From NCBI RefSeq assembly GCF_963921235.1, contig NC_086097.1, positions 53,260,001 to 53,324,000 on the forward strand: a stretch of DNA of 64,000 nucleotides, in the 5' to 3' direction. The position numbers were made by a program, and so were the translations under genes. How positions within the stretch are numbered: the stretch's first letter is position 1; each line of letters opens with the position of its first letter. Below, piece by piece: positions 51,741 to 63,963 of this stretch. This DNA is from Mobula hypostoma (Eukaryota). The notes under the pieces were generated by a model. It was not told the origin of the DNA and made no database searches. It saw nothing but the letters and a program-made list of their open reading frames with translations.

Positions 51741-52880
51741 AATCAGTTTTGGTGGAACCAAGAAGCACCTGGAAACTTTATTGGAATTGTATACAGAGTC
51801 TATAAACAAGAGTGATAATGTAGGTCATAGTAAAATTTGGGAAATTCAGAGGTATTTTCAAAAAAAGGTAACACCATTGTCATATAGACTATATAAACCA
51901 AAATAAGGCAGTCATTAATTACATGGAGCATTAAAGAGCAGTAAGTATGTTAAAGTAGTAAGAGAAACAGCCATTTAAAATCTAACATTATGTAATAAAA
52001 AGGGTTAATTAATAATCTAGTAAGGTTTTTGTTTTAGTTAAGAGCAGTCATGCTGTAGAACTTTGAAGATTGAAAGTGAAAGTGTTTTATAATCTAAAAG
52101 CAAATGACCAAAGGTCCAAAGAACTCACTAGCTATGGCTGATTGAGAGAAAAATATTAAAGGAATGTTTGTTATAAACTCTGTATTTACCGCACATAAGC
52201 CCAAATGAAAAGTGAGCCAACTTTGGCAGATGAGGGCTTTCGTTGATAAAGGAAAAGACTTAAAATATTACCAACTGCACAAAGCAGCAATCACGTAGAT
52301 GGGGAATTTTCAAAAAATTAAGAGGACCTAGGCACTGATAAAGAAGAAAGAGGAGTACTTAAGAACTTCAATGATTGTCAACCTTCTATGAAAGTTAGAA
52401 AAATACCTCTACTTCGGGATATACATGCAACGGAAACTGTACAATTTAGCTCACCAAATTTATTCTTGAGTCAGGAAAAATGGTGCACAACTAAGGATTA
52501 AAAACTTCAGAAAATATTTCCAGTCTGTACTAAGTATAAAAGGCAAACGTAAATGAAACAAACAGATTTCTGATGCGACTTGACATAGCAGTTATGGGGT
52601 TAATGTTTTCCTTGGCTGGGATGTCTTGAATTAGGGGTTACCATCCTGAGACACAAGGTCGGCCTTTCAGGACTTGCACAAGAAGAAATTTCATGACCCA
52701 GAATTGCATTAAAGACTCACTTATTTTTTGGATGTTAGGGAGTTAAAGGGATATACAGTCACAGTTGGTATGTATAATCACCTGTCAAAAACTGCCAGCT
52801 TTTGGTAATTTTGTTTATAACTTGTGATTATACAGCATTGGTTCCTGATCACAAATTGTTAAACTAGTCTGTATATCATC

Positions 52881-53056
52881 CAACAGGAATTCTGCAGATG
52901 CTGGAAATTCAAGCAACACACATCAAAGTTGCTGGTGAACGCAGCAGGCCAGGCAGCATCTCGAGGAAGAGGTACAGTCGACGTTTCAGGCCGAGACCCT
53001 TCGCCAGGACTAACTGAAGGAAGAGTTAGTGAAAGATTTGAAAGTGGGAGGGGGAA
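52881..53056 (-). mobile_element. Short PLE 3' end with core-mutant hammerhead (52976-53011)
   Basis: Minus strand AGTC CTGGCGA AGGG tctcgg CCT GAAACGTC GACT (A6G), otherwise near-identical to 40261-40390 and 40740-40880. Confidence 0.88.
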
Positions 53057-53174
53057 TCCAGTCGTTCGAAGATGCCACAGCTCAAGTCTCAGGTGCTTTG
53101 GTCTTTTGTATGCCCATTTGCTTTTGCCTTGCTATCGGCAATGGCATCCGCAAACACCTAGCCTCTCCGATTAA

Positions 53175-53650
53175 GTCTCCTCCAACAACTTGTAAACTTG
53201 CCTCACTGACCAAGTAATATTTTTAAAGCCAATGTGCACCCAGATGTTTTTCCACAAAAAGGGAGCTACAAATTGCAGAAATATAAGTTGATGTTCAAAT
53301 TTATTGCAAAGCAAAACCCATGGATATTTTTGCAAATGTAAAGAATAAACAATTACAAGCCTGCTGAGCCACAGAAACTGCAAATATATCAGCAAACCTC
53401 TTAAATAATTCTACTTCATTGTCTTCATTTTGAAGTGGTGGCCAAATTTCAATGAAAGCTACTATGATCATCTTCAAGACTGCATTGATAAATTTCTGGA
53501 GAGATTTTTGTAATTTCATCAAACTGAAGAGAAGATATTGATCTGGTTAGCAGTGAGCCACAAGACAAACTAAAACTCACAATTGGTCAACAAGATTAAT
53601 GGAGCCACAGAGGTATATAAATCGCAAGGAAAGTAGACAAGATGGATGGT
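53175..53650 (+). repeat. Diverged direct duplication, copy 2
   Basis: Same ordered blocks as 50245-50750. Confidence 0.8.
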
Positions 53651-53654
53651 TGAT

Positions 53655-53900
53655 CTTTCTTCTCCAGAGCAGGGGCAACTTTTTCTACAAGAGAATGGTG
53701 AGTATATGGAATGATCTGCCACAGTTAGTGGTAGAGATGGGCACAATTACAATATTTAGAAGATTTTTGGATAGGTAGGTTATTAGAATAGGCCTAGAGG
53801 AACATGGACCAAATGCAAGCAAGTGGGACTAGTTCAGGTAGACAGCTTGGTCAGCAAAGATGAGTTGGACCAATAAGCCTGTTTCTGTGCTATATACAAT
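53655..53900 (+). mobile_element. Old CR1 3' end
   Basis: gagaatggtgagtatatggaatgatctgcca...ggaccaaatgcaagcaagtgggactag...cctgtttctgtgct. Confidence 0.7.
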
Positions 53901-55886
53901 AATATGGCGATTAATTTACATGTTTATAGACATATTTGAGACTCACTTCTTCTGTAGCATCAGGAGTCATTTCAAGTACATCATCTTCATTGCTGACTAG
54001 ACAGCTAACAATAATAGAGCTGACAATTAATCACCATTAATAGATTCAGTTCACAAAATTTACTCTTGACAAGTTAACAGGCTTGAACCATATGCTACTG
54101 CGTTGACCATGTTGCCCTGATTCCTTCCATCTGTATAATGCATCTTGATTCCTGCAATTCTGTCAGGCACTCTCTGAGCCCAAACAACCTTTTAGCTACC
54201 TGCACCCCATGACAAGCTACAGTAAGCAAAAGCAATGCTTATTTAATAAATTCAAACAGCCACACCCACTCAAAACTTCAAAAACACCCAAGGTCTCTGC
54301 CACTAACTTTATCATGGTGTAATCAGTACCAAGTTGAAAACTGAAGATGTAGAAAAGGTAACCAATTGTGTGCCAAAACTAAAAAGAATCAGTAACTGGG
54401 ATCCAAGTGATTCAAACACCACAGAGAAGCAGTTTGAAAAGCACAACACTCATTAAAAATTCTATATTGATCACAATGGGAGTAGATCTGGAGGACTTTA
54501 GCATATCAGTGCTCTCAGCCAGGCCAACATTAACTGTACCATGCTCCGATCACACTCAAACAGCTTCCATGGGTGGGCTGCATCCTTTGCATGCCTGTCA
54601 CTGAGCACTGACATCATAGCAAGCAACTTTGAAAAGGAAAGAGAAAAAATGTTCCAGGGATACTGCCTCACTGGCTCCTGTCAGTCCCTTGTCCAGAACC
54701 ACTCAAATTCTTGAAGAAGGATTCAGAAAGATTCCATTTTTAAAAAACTTTTTGGGAATATGAAGCCACATGCCAACAGCAAAACATGAATCCAATAATC
54801 CCAGAAGCCTTCCCAGCCAGGCAAGATGCATCTGTTCCAACTGCACAAGACTCCACCTCCACAGAACTGTATTAGAACTAATTCATTGTCAACCTGGGAG
54901 GAAATGTCTATGACATTTTTTGATGAAGCTAGCAGCTTTTTGTAGTCTTGTTAGGGAGTAGCATTGCAACTCTTCTCCTTTTAAAAAAAACTACAGTTTG
55001 AAGATATCAGAAAGTGAATTCACAGCTTCAGTCTTACATAGGGATGCTTAAACCCGCAAACACCAGCACAACAAGTGGAATGTGGACAGAAACCAGTAAC
55101 ATTTTGTAGCCCCTGAAAGGTATATATAAAATTTTCTCTAGTAAAATGATGACATGAATTTTTAAGAAAAACTGTTCAGCATAATTAATGCATTGAAAAG
55201 ACATTAAATTGCTTAAACTGTCCATATTAATTAGAATTATCTGACAGCTTTTTAATGTACATTGCAATAAAATGAGTACCATTCTGCATTGTATGGTGAT
55301 TGAACTTAACATTTGGAAATGTAGATCAACATCAAAAATACACTATTCCATTTTTGTTTAAGTGTGTGATTAAGTTTAGTTGACCCAACATAGGTAAATA
55401 TGAGGTTAGCTTCTTTGGACCAGAAAATAGATTAAAGTGTTAGCAGTAAGTAACAAGTTCAAAAGCAACTTACTAATGCTGGGGCACTGCTGGGATGGAG
55501 TCTTTGATGAGGACAGAAAATAATCTTTGGCGAATAGGAAGTATTGCATCTGAAGGACTGAAAGGCCATGCTGGCTCTGCTGAGGTGAAAATCAAAACTA
55601 TTGCATGTCGTTCACTCCCCAAGTACATATTGCCCAACAAGAGCAATAGAGGGTTTGCTAGAATCTGACATGGACTCCACAGGGATAAATGCAAACCACA
55701 TCTGTCAAAATTTAACAGCAGAAGGGGCGATCAATTTCATATTTAAGAGTTGACATGAAACCATTTAGAGAGACAGAGAAAAACAAATTCCATTAGCTGC
55801 AAGAGGTTTATATCACAGAATTTAAGCTAAAATTAGGTACAGCCCAATTAGGTTCAGAATGAAATTGGAAAACTCTTTTACATGCA

Positions 55887-56006
55887 GAGTTTGTACATTC
55901 TCTTCGTGACTGCATGAGTTTCCTCTGGGTGCTCCAGCTTCCTCCTACAGTCTGAAGACATACCAGTTGGTAGGTTAATTGGTCATTGTAAATGGTCCCA
56001 TGATTA
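55887..56006 (+). mobile_element. V-SINE (HE1-like) central domain; the 3' part resumes at 58084-58160
   Basis: gagtttgtacattctc..gtgactgcatgagtttcctctgggtgctccagcttcctcctacagtc matches the conserved V-domain as I recall it. Confidence 0.75.
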
Positions 56007-56019
56007 CATGGAACATGCA

Positions 56020-56522
56020 AGTTACAGAACCTGGGCCTCTGTACCTCCCTCTGCAACTGGATCCTCAACTTCCTAACTGGAAGACCACAATCTGTGTGGA
56101 TTGGTGATAATATCAGTCGGCTTCATCTTGGGTACTGGCCTACAAAATACCCAGGACATCTTCAAGGACTGGTGTCTCAGAAAGGCAGCATCCATTATTA
56201 AGGACCCCCAGCCACCAGGGCATGCCCTTTTCTCACTGTTACCATCAGGTAGGAGGTACAGAAGCCTGAAGGCACACACTCAGCGATTCAGGAACAGCTT
56301 CTTCCCCTCTGCCATCCCTAAATGGACATTGAACCCATGAACACTACCTTACTTTTTAAATATACATTATTCTGTTTTTGCATGATTTTTATTCTATTCA
56401 GTATACATATACTGTAATTGATTTACTTATTTATTTTACTTTTTTTCTTCTACATTATGTATTACATTGAACTGCTGCTGCTAAGTTAACAAATTTCATG
56501 ACACATGCCGGTGATAATAAAC
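56020..56522 (+). mobile_element. Rex1/Babar fragment (tail continues at 58059-58083)
   Basis: [41 protein letters not shown]. Confidence 0.85.
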
Positions 56523-58053
56523 ACAAAATACTCTGCAGATGCTGGGGTCAAAGCAACACTCACAACACGCTGGAGGAACTCAGCGGGTTAGGCAGCATCT
56601 GTGGAAAAGATCGGTCGACGTTTCAGGCGGGAACCCTTCGTCAGGACTGAAGAGGGAAAGGGCAGAGGCCCTATAAAGAAGGTGGGGGGAGGGTGGGAAG
56701 GAGAAGGCTGGTAGGTTCCAGGTGAAAAACCAGTAAGGGGAAAGATAAAGGGGTGGGGGAGGGGAGGCAGGGAGGTGATAGGCAGGAAAGGTGAAGAAAG
56801 AATAGGGGAAAACACAGTGGGTAGTAGAAGGAGGTGGAACCATGAGGGAGGTGATAGGCAGCTGGGGGAGGGGGCAGAGTGACATAGGGATAGAGGAAGG
56901 GAGGAGGAGGGAATTACCGGAAGTTGGAGAATTCTATGTTCATACCAAGGGGCTGGAGACTACCTAGATGGTATATGAGGTGTTGCTCCTCCAACCTGAG
57001 TTTAGCCTCTTCATGGCAGTAGAGGAGGCCATGTATGGACATATCTGAATGGGAATGGGAAGCAGAGTTGAAGTGGGTGGCAATTGGGAGATCTGTCTGT
57101 TTTGGCGGACGGAGCGGAGGTGCTCGACGAAGCGGTCCCCCAATCTACGTCGGGTTTCACCGATGTAGAGGAGGCCGCACTAGGAGCACCGGATGCAATA
57201 GATGACCCCAACAGACTCACAAGTGAAGCGTTGCCTCACTTGGAAGGACTGTTTGGGGCCCTGAATGGTGGCAAGAGAGGTGGTGTAGGGACAGGTGTAG
57301 CACTTACGCTTACAGAGATAAGTACCGGGTGGGAGATCCGTGGGGAGGGACGTGTGGACCAGGGAGTCGCAGAAGGACTGATCCCTGCGGAAAGCAGAGG
57401 GGGTGGAGAGGGAAAGATATGCTTAGTGGTGGGGTCCTGTTGAAGGTGGCGGAAGTTGCGGAGGATAATGTGCTGGATCTGGAGGCTGGTGGGGTGGTAG
57501 GTGAGGACAAGGGGAACTCTGTCCCTGTTGTGGTGGCGGGAGGATGGGGTGAGAGCCGAAGTGTGGGAAATGGAGGAGATGCATGTGAGGGCATCATTGA
57601 TGACAGCAGAAGGGAAACCACGATCCTTAAAGAAAGGGGACATTTGAGATGTCCTGGAACGGAAAACCTCATCCTCGGAGCAGATGCGGCGGAGACGGAG
57701 GAACTGGGAATAGGGAATGGCATTTTTGCATGTGGCGGGGTGGGAAGAGGTATAGTCGAGGTAGTTATGAGAGTCAGTGGGCTTGTAGAAGATGTCAGTG
57801 GACAGTCTGTCTCCAGAGATGGAGACCGAGAGATCAAGAAAGGGGAGAGAAGTGTCCGAGATAGACCAAGTGAATTTGAGGGCTGGGTGGAAGTTAGAAG
57901 TAAAGTCGGTGAAATTGACGAGCTCAGCATGGGTGTAGGAAGCAGCACCAATGTAGTCGATGTACCGAGGGAAAAGTTGGGAGTTGGGGAGCAGTACCAG
58001 AATAGGTTTGGAGCACAGACTGTTCCACATAACCAACGAAGAGGCAGGCGTAG
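56523..58053 (-). mobile_element. 5'-truncated PLE (RT C-half, GIY-YIG, UTR)
   Basis: 13-bp TSD ggtgataataaac (56510-56522 and 58059-58071). The coding part is near-identical to 315-1440. Confidence 0.93.
56611..56650 (-). ncRNA. Minimal hammerhead ribozyme, core intact, sense to FERMT2
   Basis: TCAGTC CTGACGA AGGG ttcccg CCT GAAACGTC GACCGA. Confidence 0.82.
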
Positions 58054-58404
58054 AATTAGGTGATAATAAACCTGATTCTGATTAGGCTAGGGTTAAATCG
58101 GGGGTTGCTGGGCAGCATGGTTTGAAGGGCCGGTCCCACAATGCATCTAAATAAATAAATTATGTAGCAGGAGACCTGAGCAGTCTTCCACAAGTCAGCA
58201 GTTGACGCTAATTCAATTATTCATTTATAGCTTTAGGATTAATGGTTTTCTGTAACCAGAAGGTAGACGCAGTTGACTCATAGATCTGACTAGAACACAG
58301 GCTCAAGCCAGATGGCTTGCATATGTTCATAGTGTGTATTTAAACAAGGAATAAGGATAAAAAAGTACTCCCACAGATTTAAAACTGGAGTAATTGGAAA
58401 AAGA

Positions 58405-58525
58405 AGAGATTGCAGATGCTGATACATGGAGGCAAAAGAAAATTCTGCTGGATGAACACAGCAGGTCAATTGACATTTGTGGAGGCAAAGGATAGTGCAT
58501 GTTTTTGGTCAAGACCCTGCAGGAT
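58405..58525 (-). mobile_element. Very old PLE tail remnant
   Basis: tgcagatgctg...tgctggatgaacacagcaggtca...tgtttttggtcaagaccct; the hammerhead core is no longer recognisable. Confidence 0.5.
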
Positions 58526-58879
58526 GTCTGTAATTGCAAAGCTACCCAGAGGAGTATTAAATTTCCCCAATTCAATGATTGAAATCATGAATTCTGTTTC
58601 AATTAACTTTATATTAAAAACATTAATATTCAAGAAAAATATGTAAGGATAGCCTGTTTGTTCTTTTCCTAAGGTTTATAATTTCTGCACAAATAACTTT
58701 GGGATTAAAATTGTGCAAGTCTCTATATCATAGGAATCATTTCCATGGAACATGGGATCTGTACATGCAGGACTGGCTGCACCTTAACCAGAACCAGACT
58801 AACTTCCTCGTACGGAGGTTGGCTGGTGCTGCTGGGCACTTTAAACTGAGTTGGCAAGAATAGGGACAAGCACATTGAG

Positions 58880-60100
58880 AACACTGAACAGCTCAGCACA
58901 TGCGAAAGCTCTTTGGTCTAAACGGTGTCTGCCGACGATGGCCCCAATTTAAAGTGCACATCTGCCTGCATGTGGGCGACATTCTTCTATTTCCTGCCTG
59001 TTTCTGCACCGCTCTAAATGCTTCCTGAATGTTACTATTGTATCTGCTTCCACCACTCCCCCTGGCAGCACAATACAGGCACCCACTACTCTCTAAGTGA
59101 ATAAACTTGCCTTGTGAAACATCTTTAGCCTCTCCCACTTTATGCCCTCAAGAATTTTACACTTCCATCCTGGGAATCTGCCCTATCTGTGCCCTTTCTG
59201 ATTTCATGTACTTGTATCAGGTCACCTCTCAGCTTCTGATGCTCAAGAATAAACAATCCAAGTTCGTCCAACCTCCCTTTACAGTTAATACTTTCTGATC
59301 CTCGACATATTTTTGTGAAACTCTCCTGCATGCCTTCCAAAGCCTCCACATCCTTTCAGTAATGCAGAGATTAGATCTGCACATAATTCTCCAAATATGG
59401 CCTGACCAAAACGTTATACAGCCACATCACAACTCCCCGACTGCCCAAAGTTCAATACCTCACATTTATCGAGATTAAACCACATCTGTCATTTCTGTGT
59501 CATTATTTCCAACTGGTCTATATCCTGTTGTGTCCTTTGACCAGCTTCCTCACTATCTACTAATCAGCTCACCTACTTTCTAGTTTATATAGAGAACCCT
59601 CGTAGAACACCAGAGGACACAGACCACTAGCCAGTTAACACCTCTCCACAACTCCCCCCTATCTTTTACAGCCAAGCCTATTCTGAGTTCAGTCTACAAT
59701 GACTCCATTTATCCTATACATCTTAAACTACCAGATCAGTTGAATGTGAGGGGTCTTGTCAAAAGATTTATGAAAGAACACCACAAAACAGCCACTCCTT
59801 TACTTTCATTATCTTCTCAAAAAACTCAGTCAAATTTGTAAGACCAGGAAAGCTCACCCCCAATAAATCTATGTTTTTCCTGATGTGAATAGATCTTATC
59901 CACAAGAGTCTTCCCCAATAATTTCGCTACTGCTGAAGCTAGGCTCACTGGCCAATAATTTCCTGGCTTGTCTCCATTTTCCCTTAAACAGAAGAACAAC
60001 ACTGGCTATTCTCCAGTCCTATGGGACTGCAACTGTGCCTAAAGATACGAAGGGGTATGTCATGATGCTATCAATCTCCTCATGTCTCTCTCAATAATAA
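58880..60100 (-). mobile_element. Decayed CR1 fragments
   Basis: RLDELGLFILEHQKLRGDLIQVHEI and further RT remnants. Confidence 0.78.
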
Positions 60101-60229
60101 GAAGAATTAGTTGGCAGGCTCAGTAGGCAGAAGAGGCGGGTGAGTGCATATCAAGTGAATGCACAGTTATTTTAATTCGAGGAGTCCATCTAGCAAGATA
60201 AATGAATTTAATTAGCACAGGGGGTTATG

Positions 60230-61030
60230 AATTTGTTGGCATCCCTGAGAAGGGGCAGGACTGGCAAATCAACATCCCAGGGTGCAAAATATTCAGGCAA
60301 GACAGGGAGGGGAGTAAAAGAGGACTACACAATTAGCCAATGCATTTTGTCAGTACTGAAGAGACGATATCCTAGGTAGGTCGTCTAGTTGGAGGAAATA
60401 GGGAGATCCTTAATGAATGATGAGAGGGACCTTGATGTTTGTGAGGGCAGAGTAAAGCAGTGTTATATGCTCATCTGCTAGAACAAGTCAAGGTTAAGGT
60501 GATGATGTGCTGAAACTTTTGAAAAACGTTAGGATAGACAAGCCCTGGGGTTCGACAGGATACACTCCAGGTTATTATGGTAAGTGAGCGAAGACTGCTG
60601 TACCTCTGGCTATGATCACAGGCCAGAGGAGAAGTACCAGACAATTGGGAGGTGGCATATGCAATTCCTTTGTTCAAAAAAGGGAGTAGGAATAATCCTG
60701 AGAATTATAGATGAATGAGCCTTGCAACCTTTTTTCACCTTCCTAATTTCTTTTTTAAGTGCCTCCTTACATTCTTTTGTACCTATGATGGGACTTGCTC
60801 ATCTTTAATTCGCTGTACTTGTGATATTTTTCAAATTTTCATTTTATCCATCTCTCAACAATGTTTATATCCAGGGTTCCCTAAACTTGTTACTCTTGAT
60901 TTTTTACCCTCGTAGAAACATGGAAATTTAGGATCACCCTTATAGCTTCTAGCTCCAGACACAGATTGTTATCCCTAATGGGGCCCTTCTCTTTCTCTGG
61001 TTATTCTTTTGTCCTTGGTATACTTATATG
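60230..61030. mobile_element. Fragmented CR1 pieces in both orientations
   Basis: QDWQINIPGCKIFRQDREGSKRG (endonuclease) and EVPDNWEVAYAIPLFKKGSRNNPENYR on the plus strand; minus-strand remnants at 60720-61030. Confidence 0.65.
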
Positions 61031-61134
61031 AAACATTAATCCTGCCTGTCAATACAGGAGAAGGTGAGTTTAAGGAGTGAGTGAAGGAGTGAGTGGAGGA
61101 GTGAGGAAAGGGCTGGCAAGAAAGCAGTGGATCC

Positions 61135-62925
61135 AGGTTACAAGAGAATCCCATGGCATTCTATACATACATCAAGAGCAAGAGGATGACTTGGCAAAGG
61201 GTTGGACACTCAGGAATAAAGAGGGGAAAGTTTGATTGGATGCAGAGGATGTGAGTGAGGTACTTAATAAGTAGCTTACATCAGTATTTACCAAAGAGAA
61301 GGATGTGGGGGATAGAGATATCAGTGTCGAGTGTATTGATATGCCAGGGCTCTTCAAGGTAAAGGAAGAGGTATTGTTGAGTCTATTAAGAGCATTAAGA
61401 TAGATAAGCCCCCAGGGTGTGATGGAATCAGCCCAGATTATTGAAAGGGGAAAAGAAAAGATTGCGGGGGCCTTGAACAGCATCTTTGTGTCCCTTCTAG
61501 TCATAGGCAAGGTCTCAGAGGACTGGCAAGTAGCTGATGTTATACCATTATTCAAGAAGAATGATCCTGTAAACTACAGACCGGTGAGCCTCACATCAGA
61601 GGAGGTGAAGTTACTGGAAGAATTCTTAGGGACAAGATTTATGTGCATTTGGAAAATCTTGGTCTAATTAGGGAGAGTCAGCATGGCAAGACATAACTTA
61701 CTAATTTGATTTGTTTTTTGATGAGGTGATGAGGGTGACTGATGGCGGTAGAGCTCTGGGTGTTGCTTACATGGATTTTAGCAAGGCGTCTGATAACGGT
61801 CCTCATGGGGGTCTCATCCAGGACATTAAGATGCAGGGAACTGGTGGTGAATTGGCTGTTTGTATTCAGAACTGGCTTGCCCGTGGGAGACAGAGAGTAG
61901 TGGTCAAAGGGATTTATTCTAGCTGGAGATCTGTGATCAGTGGTGTTCTGCAGGGATCTGTACTGTGACCTCTGCTGTCTGTAATATATATATAAATAAA
62001 TGACCTGGATGAAAATGTAGATAGTTGGATTAGTAAATTTGCAGATGATATGAAGATCGGTGATGTTGTCGATAGCGTAGAAGACTGGTAAAGAACACAG
62101 TGGGATAGAGATCAGTTGTGGATATGGGCAGAGGAATGGCAGATGGAGTTTAACCCAGACAAATGTGAAGGTAGGTCAAAAGGAGACAGTACACTGTTCA
62201 GGGCAAGACTGAACAGTGTTGATGAGTAGAGGGTTCTTGAGGTCCAAGTTCGTAGGTCCCAGAAAGTGGCTACACCAGTTGATATGGTGGTTAAGAAGGC
62301 ATATGGCATGCCTACCTTTATTACTCCAAGGCACTGAGTTCAAAAGTCAGGAAGTTATATTGTAGCTTTATAAAATTCTAGTTAGGCCACATCTGGTGTA
62401 TTGCATACAGTTCCGGTCACCCATGATCAGAAGGATGTTGAGGCTTTAGAGAGGGTGCAGAAGAGGTTTACCAGGATGCTACCTGGATTAGAGGACAAAT
62501 GCTATAATGAAAGGTTGGACAAATTTGGATTGTTTTCTCTGGAATAGCAGAGGCTGAGGGGAGATCAGATAGAGGTTTAAGAGGTTATGAGAGGCATAGA
62601 TAGAGTGGACAAACAACATCTTTTCCCCAACGGTTGAAATGTCTAATACCAGAAGGCAAACATTTAAGCTGAGGGGGTGGTTTCAAAGGAGATGTGAGAG
62701 GCAAGTTTAAACATAGAGTGGTGCGTGCCTGGAAGGTGCTGCCTGGGGTGCTGGTAGAGGCAGAAACATTAGAGACTAATAAGAGTAGTTTAGGTAGGCA
62801 CATGAATGTGAGGACAATGGAGGAATATGGATGTTGTGTTTAGATATTCATTTGATTACTAATTTCATTGGTTCGGTACAACATAGTGGGCCAAAGGGCC
62901 TGTTCTTGTGCTGTACAGTTCTTCA
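61135..62925 (+). mobile_element. Decayed CR1 RT region with tail
   Basis: DWQVADVIPLFKK..PVNYRPVSLTS, YMDFSKA, SGVLQGSVL, SKFADDMKIG. Confidence 0.9.
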
Positions 62926-63824
62926 TTCTAAAACTTTTCTCCACATCAGGAAGCAGACAAGAAGGACAAAGATTTAAGATAATGGTTAGGATAATGGGAA
63001 AGAGATTCCAAAGGGAACTCTCCTCCCCGCCTCCAAGAGAGTGGCATGCAGCTGGTATGCACTGCCAAAGAGTTTGATTGAGAGAGGGGTGAGGATTGCT
63101 GATAGCATTTGTGTAACCCCTAGATGAGAACTTGAATCACTTAGGCATAGAAGAATGTGGACCAAGTGCTGGAAGACAGAATGCCACCAAAGAGTTGCCG
63201 TTGCTCAGCATGGGTGTGTCGGCCCGAATGGTTCACATCCATGCAGTATGTCTTTATGACTTCAACACTAAAACAAGTTCATAAACTAGCAAGGATCTGT
63301 TCATTAACACTGGAAAGTATTGCCGGAATTACACACACATAAGAATGACAAATAGCTGCGCTGCTGTAATCTGTAACCTTTCCTGAACAGGAAGTGACTT
63401 GCACTGTTAGGCATGTTTTACCTCTCAGCAGCAGTATTCCTGGAGGAAGCAGCAAATTTGGCTGCCAGAGCTTTTCCTGTGTAATATGCAATCCTGACCA
63501 TAATAGCTTTAAGATTTCCCATCCCCCAATAGCGACCACTAAAGTATTTCAGGATTAACCTTCTCAAACGTAAAGAAAACTCTCAATGACCTGCTGCTGT
63601 TTTTCCTCACTGCATTAATATCTATTCAGCTGTGTAGTTAATTTGCAACAGAGTACTTTTAGCTTGCTACCTCCTTGAAAGATAGATTGTGGGAAGGAGG
63701 TAGGGGGCTACAAGAAGGCTATTTTAAAATCAGAAGTTGTTGAACAGCTTGTATGTAAAGTGGTTCAATTTGTACATGGGATAGATTCACAGGATATCAT
63801 CAGAACCCAGTGCATGCAAGTATG

Positions 63825-63963
63825 ACGAAGGGTCCTGACGAAGGGTCTCAACCCGAAACGTCGACTGTACCTCTTCCTAGAGATGCTGCCTGGTCTGCTG
63901 CGTTCACCAGCAACTATGATGTGTGTTGCTTGAATTTCCAGCATCTGCAGAATTCCTCGTGTT
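63825..63963 (+). mobile_element. Short PLE 3' end starting at the hammerhead
   Basis: TSD tgcatgcaagtatg/tgcatgcaattatg (63811-63824 and 63964-63977) and a full terminal tail ending gaattcctcgtgtttgc. Confidence 0.88.
63831..63866 (+). ncRNA. Minimal hammerhead ribozyme, core intact
   Basis: GGTC CTGACGA AGGG tctcaa CCC GAAACGTC GACT. Confidence 0.8.

Noticed and set aside
53947..54130. Possible extra minus-strand exon (acceptors at 54130 or 53996, donor gtgagt at 53946)
   Set aside because: No kindlin similarity, stops in several frames, and no open frame compatible with the phase-1 exon at 21163. It would need RNA evidence.
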